Source: Eledone cirrhosa
Lineage: Eukaryota
DNA length: 64,000 nt
Assembly (NCBI GenBank): GCA_964016885.1
Contig: CAXHJY010000607.1
Coordinates: 1-64,000, forward strand
Direction: 5' to 3'
Positions 57,386 to 64,000 of the stretch are shown one piece after another (position 1 is the stretch's first letter; each line of letters starts with the position of its first letter). Both the position numbers and the translations under genes were made by a program. The notes under the pieces are model-generated. The model saw only the letters and a list, made by a program, of their open reading frames with translations. It was not told where the DNA came from and ran no database searches.

Positions 57386-60300
57386 TCACGCCACACATAG
57401 CCAATGAGTGTCTGCACATGTACCAGTAATTACAGATCGATCCGACCACGGGCGGCCGGCCCGCGCTTGAAAAGGTAACTCCGCCGGCAAATCGCCATTT
57501 TTGGATTCGTTTTCTTCGAAGCACACCATTCGCCGGCGGACTTTGTTGACGTTTAACACGGTTTGGTTCCACAGCCACAACTATTGATTTTACGGAGATA
57601 TCTTGCTGAAATTCACGCCACACATAGCCAATGAGTGTCTGCACATGTACCAGTAATTACAGATCGATCCGACCACGGGCGGCCGGCCCGCGATTGAAAA
57701 GGTAACTCCGCCGGCAAATCGTCATTTTTGGATTCGTTTTCTTCGAAGCACACCATTCGCCGGCGGACTTTGCTGACGTTTAACACGGTTTGGTTCCACA
57801 GCCACAACTATTGATTTTACGGAGATATCTTGCTGAAATTCACGCCACACATAGCCAATGAGTGTCTGCACATGTACCAGTAATTACAGATCGATCCGAC
57901 CACGGGCGGCCGGCCCGCGATTGAAAAGGTAACTCCGCCGGCAAATCGTCATTTTTGGATTCGTTTTCTTCGAAGCACACCATTCGCCGGCGGACTTTGT
58001 TGACGTTTAACACGGTTTGGTTCCACAGCGACAACTATTGATTTTACGGAGATATCTTGCTGAAATTCACGCCACACATAGCCAATGAGTGTCTGCACAT
58101 GTACCAGTAATTACAGATCGATCCGACCACGGGCGGCCGGCCCGCGATTGAAAAGGTAACTCCGCCGGCAAATCGTCATTTTTGGATTCGTTTTCTTCGA
58201 AGCACACCATTCGCCGGCGGACTTTGCTGACTTTTAACACGGTTTGGTTCCACAGCCACAACTATTGATTTCACGGAGATATCTTGCTGAAATTCACGCC
58301 ACACATAGCCAATGAGTGTCTGCACATGTACCAGTAATTACAGATCGATCCGACCACGGGCGGCCGGCCCGCGATTGAAAAGGTAACTCCGCCGGCAAAT
58401 CGCCATTTTTGGATTCGTTTTCTTCGAAGCACACCATTCGCCGGCGGACTTTGTTGACGTTTAACACGGTTTGGTTCCACAGCCACAACTATTGATTTTA
58501 CCGAGATATCTTGCTGAAATTCACGCCACACATAGCCAATGAGTGTCTGCACATGTACCAGTAATTACAGATCGATCCGACCACGGGCGGCCGGCCCGCG
58601 ATTGAAAAGGTAACTCCGCCGGCAAATCGCCATTTTTGGATTCGTTTTCTTCGAAGCACACCATTCGCCGGCGGACTTTGTTGACGTTTAACACGGTTTG
58701 GTTCCACAGCCACAACTATTGATTTTACGGAGATATCTTGCTGAAATTCACGCCACACATAGCCAATGAGTGTCTGCACATGTACCAGTAATTACAGATC
58801 GATCCGACCACGGGCGGCCGGCCCGCGATTGAAAAGGTAACTCCGCCGGCAAATCGTCATTTTTGGATTCGTTTTCTTCGAAGCACACCATTCGCCGGCG
58901 GACTTTGCTGACGTTTAACACGGTTTGGTTCCACAGCCACAACTATTGATTTTACGGAGATATCTTGCTGAAATTCACGCCACACATAGCCAATGAGTGT
59001 CTGCACATGTACCAGTAATTACAGATCGATCCGACCACGGGCGGCCGGCCCGCGATTGAAAAGGTAACTCCGCCGGCAAATCGTCATTTTTGGATTCGTT
59101 TTCTTCGAAGCACACCATTCGCCGGCGGACTTTGTTGACGTTTAACACGGTTTGGTTCCACAGCGACAACTATTGATTTTACGGAGATATCTTGCTGAAA
59201 TTCACGCCACACATAGCCAATGAGTGTCTGCACATGTACCAGTAATTACAGATCGATCCGACCACGGGCGGCCGGCCCGCGATTGAAAAGGTAACTCCGC
59301 CGGCAAATCGTCATTTTTGGATTCGTTTTCTTCGAAGCACACCATTCGCCGGCGGACTTTGCTGACTTTTAACACGGTTTGGTTCCACAGCCACAACTAT
59401 TGATTTCACGGAGATATCTTGCTGAAATTCACGCCACACATAGCCAATGAGTGTCTGCACATGTACCAGTAATTACAGATCGATCCGACCACGGGCGGCC
59501 GGCCCGCGATTGAAAAGGTAACTCCGCCGGCAAATCGCCATTTTTGGATTCGTTTTCTTCGAAGCACACCATTCGCCGGCGGACTTTGTTGACGTTTAAC
59601 ACGGTTTGGTTCCACAGCCACAACTATTGATTTTACCGAGATATCTTGCTGAAATTCACGCCACACATAGCCAATGAGTGTCTGCACATGTACCAGTAAT
59701 TACAGATCGATCCGACCACGGGCGGCCGGCCCGCGATTGAAAAGGTAACTCCGCCGGCAAATCGCCATTTTTGGATTCGTTTTCTTCGAAGCACACCATT
59801 CGCCGGCGGACTTTGTTGACGTTTAACACGGTTTGGTTCCACAGCCACAACTATTGATTTTACGGAGATATCTTGCTGAAATTCACGCCACACATAGCCA
59901 ATGAGTGTCTGCACATGTACCAGTAATTACAGATCGATCCGACCACGGGCGGCCGGCCCGCGCTTGAAAAGGTAACTCCGCCGGCAAATCGCCATTTTTG
60001 GATTCGTTTTCTTCGAAGCACACCATTCGCCGGCGGACTTTGTTGACGTTTAACACGGTTTGGTTCCACAGCCACAACTATTGATTTTACGGAGATATCT
60101 TGCTGAAATTCACGCCACACATAGCCAATGAGTGTCTGCACATGTACCAGTAATTACAGATCGATCCGACCACGGGCGGCCGGCCCGCGATTGAAAAGGT
60201 AACTCCGCCGGCAAATCGTCATTTTTGGATTCGTTTTCTTCGAAGCACACCATTCGCCGGCGGACTTTGCTGACGTTTAACACGGTTTGGTTCCACAGCC

Positions 60301-61212
60301 ACAACTATTGATTTTACGGAGATATCTTGCTGAAATTCACGCCACACATAGCCAATGAGTGTCTGCACATGTACCAGTAATTACAGATCGATCCGACCAC
60401 GGGCGGCCGGCCCGCGATTGAAAAGGTAACTCCGCCGGCAAATCGTCATTTTTGGATTCGTTTTCTTCGAAGCACACCATTCGCCGGCGGACTTTGTTGA
60501 CGTTTAACACGGTTTGGTTCCACAGCGACAACTATTGATTTTACGGAGATATCTTGCTGAAATTCACGCCACACATAGCCAATGAGTGTCTGCACATGTA
60601 CCAGTAATTACAGATCGATCCGACCACGGGCGGCCGGCCCGCGATTGAAAAGGTAACTCCGCCGGCAAATCGTCATTTTTGGATTCGTTTTCTTCGAAGC
60701 ACACCATTCGCCGGCGGACTTTGCTGACTTTTAACACGGTTTGGTTCCACAGCCACAACTATTGATTTCACGGAGATATCTTGCTGAAATTCACGCCACA
60801 CATAGCCAATGAGTGTCTGCACATGTACCAGTAATTACAGATCGATCCGACCACGGGCGGCCGGCCCGCGATTGAAAAGGTAACTCCGCCGGCAAATCGC
60901 CATTTTTGGATTCGTTTTCTTCGAAGCACACCATTCGCCGGCGGACTTTGTTGACGTTTAACACGGTTTGGTTCCACAGCCACAACTATTGATTTTACCG
61001 AGATATCTTGCTGAAATTCACGCCACACATAGCCAATGAGTGTCTGCACATGTACCAGTAATTACAGATCGATCCGACCACGGGCGGCCGGCCCGCGATT
61101 GAAAAGGTAACTCCGCCGGCAAATCGCCATTTTTGGATTCGTTTTCTTCGAAGCACACCATTCGCCGGCGGACTTTGTTGACGTTTAACACGGTTTGGTT
61201 CCACAGCCACAA
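57386..61212. repeat. 6-5-6 monomer higher-order cassette, also present once at 42404-43733
   Basis: GCGCTT at 57466 and 59963 (and 42484); AGCGAC at 58030, 59165 and 60527 (and 43048); each AGCGAC unit is followed by a GACTTTT unit. Confidence 0.9.
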
Positions 61213-64000
61213 CTATTGATTTTACCGAGATATCTTGCTGAAATTCACGCCACACATAGCCAATGAGTGTCTGCACATGTACCAGTAATTACAGATCGAT
61301 CCGACCACGGACGGCCGGCCCGCGATTGAAAAGGTAACTCCGCCGGCAAATCGCCATTTTTGGATTCGTTTTCTTCGAAGCACACCATTCGCCGGCGGAC
61401 TTTGTTGACGTTTAACACGGTTTGGTTCCACAGCCACAACTATTGATTTTACGGAGATATCTTGCTGAAATTCACGCCACACATAGCCAATGAGTGTCTG
61501 CACATGTACCGGTAATTACAGATCGATCCGACCACGGGCGGCCGGCCCGCGATTGAAAAGGTAACTCCGCCGGCAAATCGCCATTTTTGGATTCGTTTTC
61601 TTCGAAGCACACCATTCGCCGGCGGACTTTGTTGACGTTTAACACGGTTTGGTTCCACAGCCACAACTATTGATTTTACCGAGATATCTTGCTGAAATTC
61701 ACGCCACACATAGCCAATGAGTGTCTGCACATGTACCAGTAATTACAGATCGATCCGACCACGGGCGGCCGGCCCGCGATTGAAAAGGTAACTCCGCCGG
61801 CAAATCGCCATTTTTGGATTCGTTTTCTTCGAAGCACACCATTCGCCGGCGGACTTTGTTGACGTTTAACACGGTTTGGTTCCACAGCCACAACTATTGA
61901 TTTTACCGAGATATCTTGCTGAAATTCACGCCACACATAGCCAATGAGTGTCTGCACATGTACCAGTAATTACAGATCGATCCGACCACGGACGGCCGGC
62001 CCGCGATTGAAAAGGTAACTCCGCCGGCAAATCGCCATTTTTGGATTCGTTTTCTTCGAAGCACACCATTCGCCGGCGGACTTTGTTGACGTTTAACACG
62101 GTTTGGTTCCACAGCCACAACTATTGATTTTACGGAGATATCTTGCTGAAATTCACGCCACACATAGCCAATGAGTGTCTGCACATGTACCAGTAATTAC
62201 AGATCGATCCGACCACGGGCGGCCGGCCCGCGATTGAAAAGGTAACTCCGCCGGCAAATCGCCATTTTTGGATTCGTTTTCTTCGAAGCACACCATTCGC
62301 CGGCGGACTTTGTTGACGTTTAACACGGTTTGGTTCCACAGCCACAACTATTGATTTTACCGAGATATCTTGCTGAAATTCACGCCACACATAGCCAATG
62401 AGTGTCTGCACATGTACCAGTAATTACAGATCGATCCGACCACGGGCGGCCGGCCCGCGATTGAAAAGGTAACTCCGCCGGCAAATCGCCATTTTTGGAT
62501 TCGTTTTCTTCGAAGCACACCATTCGCCGGCGGACTTTGTTGACGTTTAACACGGTTTGGTTCCACAGCCACAACTATTGATTTTACGGAGATATCTTGC
62601 TGAAATTCACGCCACACATAGCCAATGAGTGTCTGCACATGTACCAGTAATTACAGATCGATCCGACCACGGGCGGCCGGCCCGCGATTGAAAAGGTAAC
62701 TCCGCCGGCAAATCGCCATTTTTGGATTCGTTTTCTTCGAAGCACACCATTCGCCGGCGGACTTTGTTGACGTTTAACACGGTTTGGTTCCACAGCCACA
62801 ACTATTGATTTTACGGAGATATCTTGCTGAAATTCACGCCACACATAGCCAATGAGTGTCTGCACATGTACCAGTAATTACAGATCGATCCGACCACGGG
62901 CGGCCGGCCCGCGATTGAAAAGGTAACTCCGCCGGCAAATCGCCATTTTTGGATTCGTTTTCTTCGAAGCACACCATTCGCCGGCGGACTTTGTTGACGT
63001 TTAACACGGTTTGGTTCCACAGCCACAACTATTGATTTTACGGAGATATCTTGCTGAAATTCACGCCACACATAGCCAATGAGGGTCTGCACATGTACCA
63101 GTAATTACAGATCGATCCGACCACGGGCGGCCGGCCCGCGATTGAAAAGGTAACTCCGCCGGCAAATCGTCATTTTTGGATTCGTTTTCTTCGAAGCACA
63201 CCATTCGCCGGCGGACTTTGCTGACGTTTAACACGGTTTGGTTCCACAGCCACAACTATTGATTTTACGGAGATATCTTGCTGAAATTCACGCCACACAT
63301 AGCCAATGAGTGTCTGCACATGTACCAGTAATTACAGATCGATCCGACCACGGGCGGCCGACCCGCGATTGAAAAGGTAACTCCGCCGGCAAATCGCCAT
63401 TTTTGGATTCGTTTTCTTCGAAGCACACCATTCGCCGGCGGACTTTGTTGACGTTTAACACGGTTTGGTTCCACAGCCACAACTATTGATTTTACGGAGA
63501 TATCTTGCTGAAATTCACGCCACACATAGCCAATGAGTGTCTGCACATGTACCAGTAATTACAGATCGATCCGACCACGGGCGGCCGGCCCGCGATTGAA
63601 AAGGTAACTCCGCCGGCAAATCGCCATTTTTGGATTCGTTTTCTTCGAAGCACACCATTCGCCGGCGGACTTTGTTGACGTTTAACACGGTTTGGTTCCA
63701 CAGCCACAACTATTGATTTTACCGAGATATCTTGCTGAAATTCACGCCACACATAGCCAATGAGTGTCTGCACATGTACCAGTAATTACAGATCGATCCG
63801 ACCACGGGCGGCCGGCCCGCGATTGAAAAGGTAACTCCGCCGGCAAATCGCCATTTTTGGATTCGTTTTCTTCGAAGCACACCATTCGCCGGCGGACTTT
63901 GTTGACGTTTAACACGGTTTGGTTCCACAGCCACAACTATTGATTTTACGGAGATATCTTGCTGAAATTCACGCCACACATAGCCAATGAGTGTCTGCAC

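Larger units (their letters stand above)
1..64000. repeat. Tandem array (satellite-like) of a 227-bp monomer, about 282 head-to-tail copies, extending beyond both window ends
   Basis: AGATCGATCCGACCACGGG recurs at 1, 228, 455, 682, 909 and so on. The ORF track repeats with period 227 (180, 407, 634 ... 63742 = 180 + 280x227 + 2). No inversion, spacer or foreign insertion was seen. Confidence 0.99.

Noticed and set aside
180-63936. 64-aa minus-strand ORF (MWLWNQ...) in nearly every monomer
   Set aside because: It starts at a non-ATG codon (TTG), has no recognisable domain, leaves only 32 bp between copies, and most variants change amino acids, with nonsense (13202) and frameshift copies tolerated. 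It is a chance open frame multiplied by the repeat.
4924-64000. 93-aa minus-strand ORF (MQTLIG...)
   Set aside because: It exists only when T62C removes a TGA stop, is longer than the monomer so that it overlaps its own next copy, and shows no homology I recognise.
1-64000. CRISPR array
   Set aside because: There are no unique spacers, since the entire 227 bp is repeated, and no cas genes are present.
1-64000. Rolling-circle or amplification concatemer artefact of a single small circle
   Set aside because: Variants are heritable and nested in ordered higher-order blocks, which indicates an evolved array rather than repeated copies of one template with random errors.
1-64000. Assignment to a named satellite family or organism
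   Set aside because: I do not recognise the monomer. BLAST, Dfam or Repbase searches are needed, so its novelty cannot be asserted.

Overview
The whole 64-kb window is one uninterrupted head-to-tail tandem array of a 227-bp monomer (about 282 copies, one orientation, no unique sequence, neither array end visible). Consensus on the + strand from position 1: AGATCGATCCGACCACGGGCGGCCGGCCCGCGATTGAAAAGGTAACTCCGCCGGCAAATCG(T/C)CATTTTTGGATTCGTTTTCTTCGAAGCACACCATTCGCCGGCGGACTTTG(T/C)TGACGTTTAACACGGTTTGGTTCCACAGCCACAACTATTGATTTTAC(G/C)GAGATATCTTGCTGAAATTCACGCCACACATAGCCAATGAGTGTCTGCACATGTACCAGTAATTAC. By hand count it is about 49% GC with 19 CpG. Monomers mostly differ from consensus at 0-4 sites, and the register drifts only +2 bp across the window. 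This looks like a young, homogenised eukaryotic satellite or a tandem small-RNA gene array. The 64-aa and 93-aa ORFs are by-products of the repeat, not credible genes. Diagnostic variants show a distinct left-end subfamily, alternating variant domains, nested duplications of 4 to 19 monomers, longer-range copies offset by 44, 66 and 77 monomers, and an indel-dense patch at 29.6-31.3 kb that is probably an assembly error. The most interesting hypothesis, which is unproven, is that each monomer has a spliced-leader-RNA-like layout: an upstream CCAAT box, an AAG|GTAACT donor inside a short stem-loop, an AUUUUUGG Sm-type site and a 3' hairpin.
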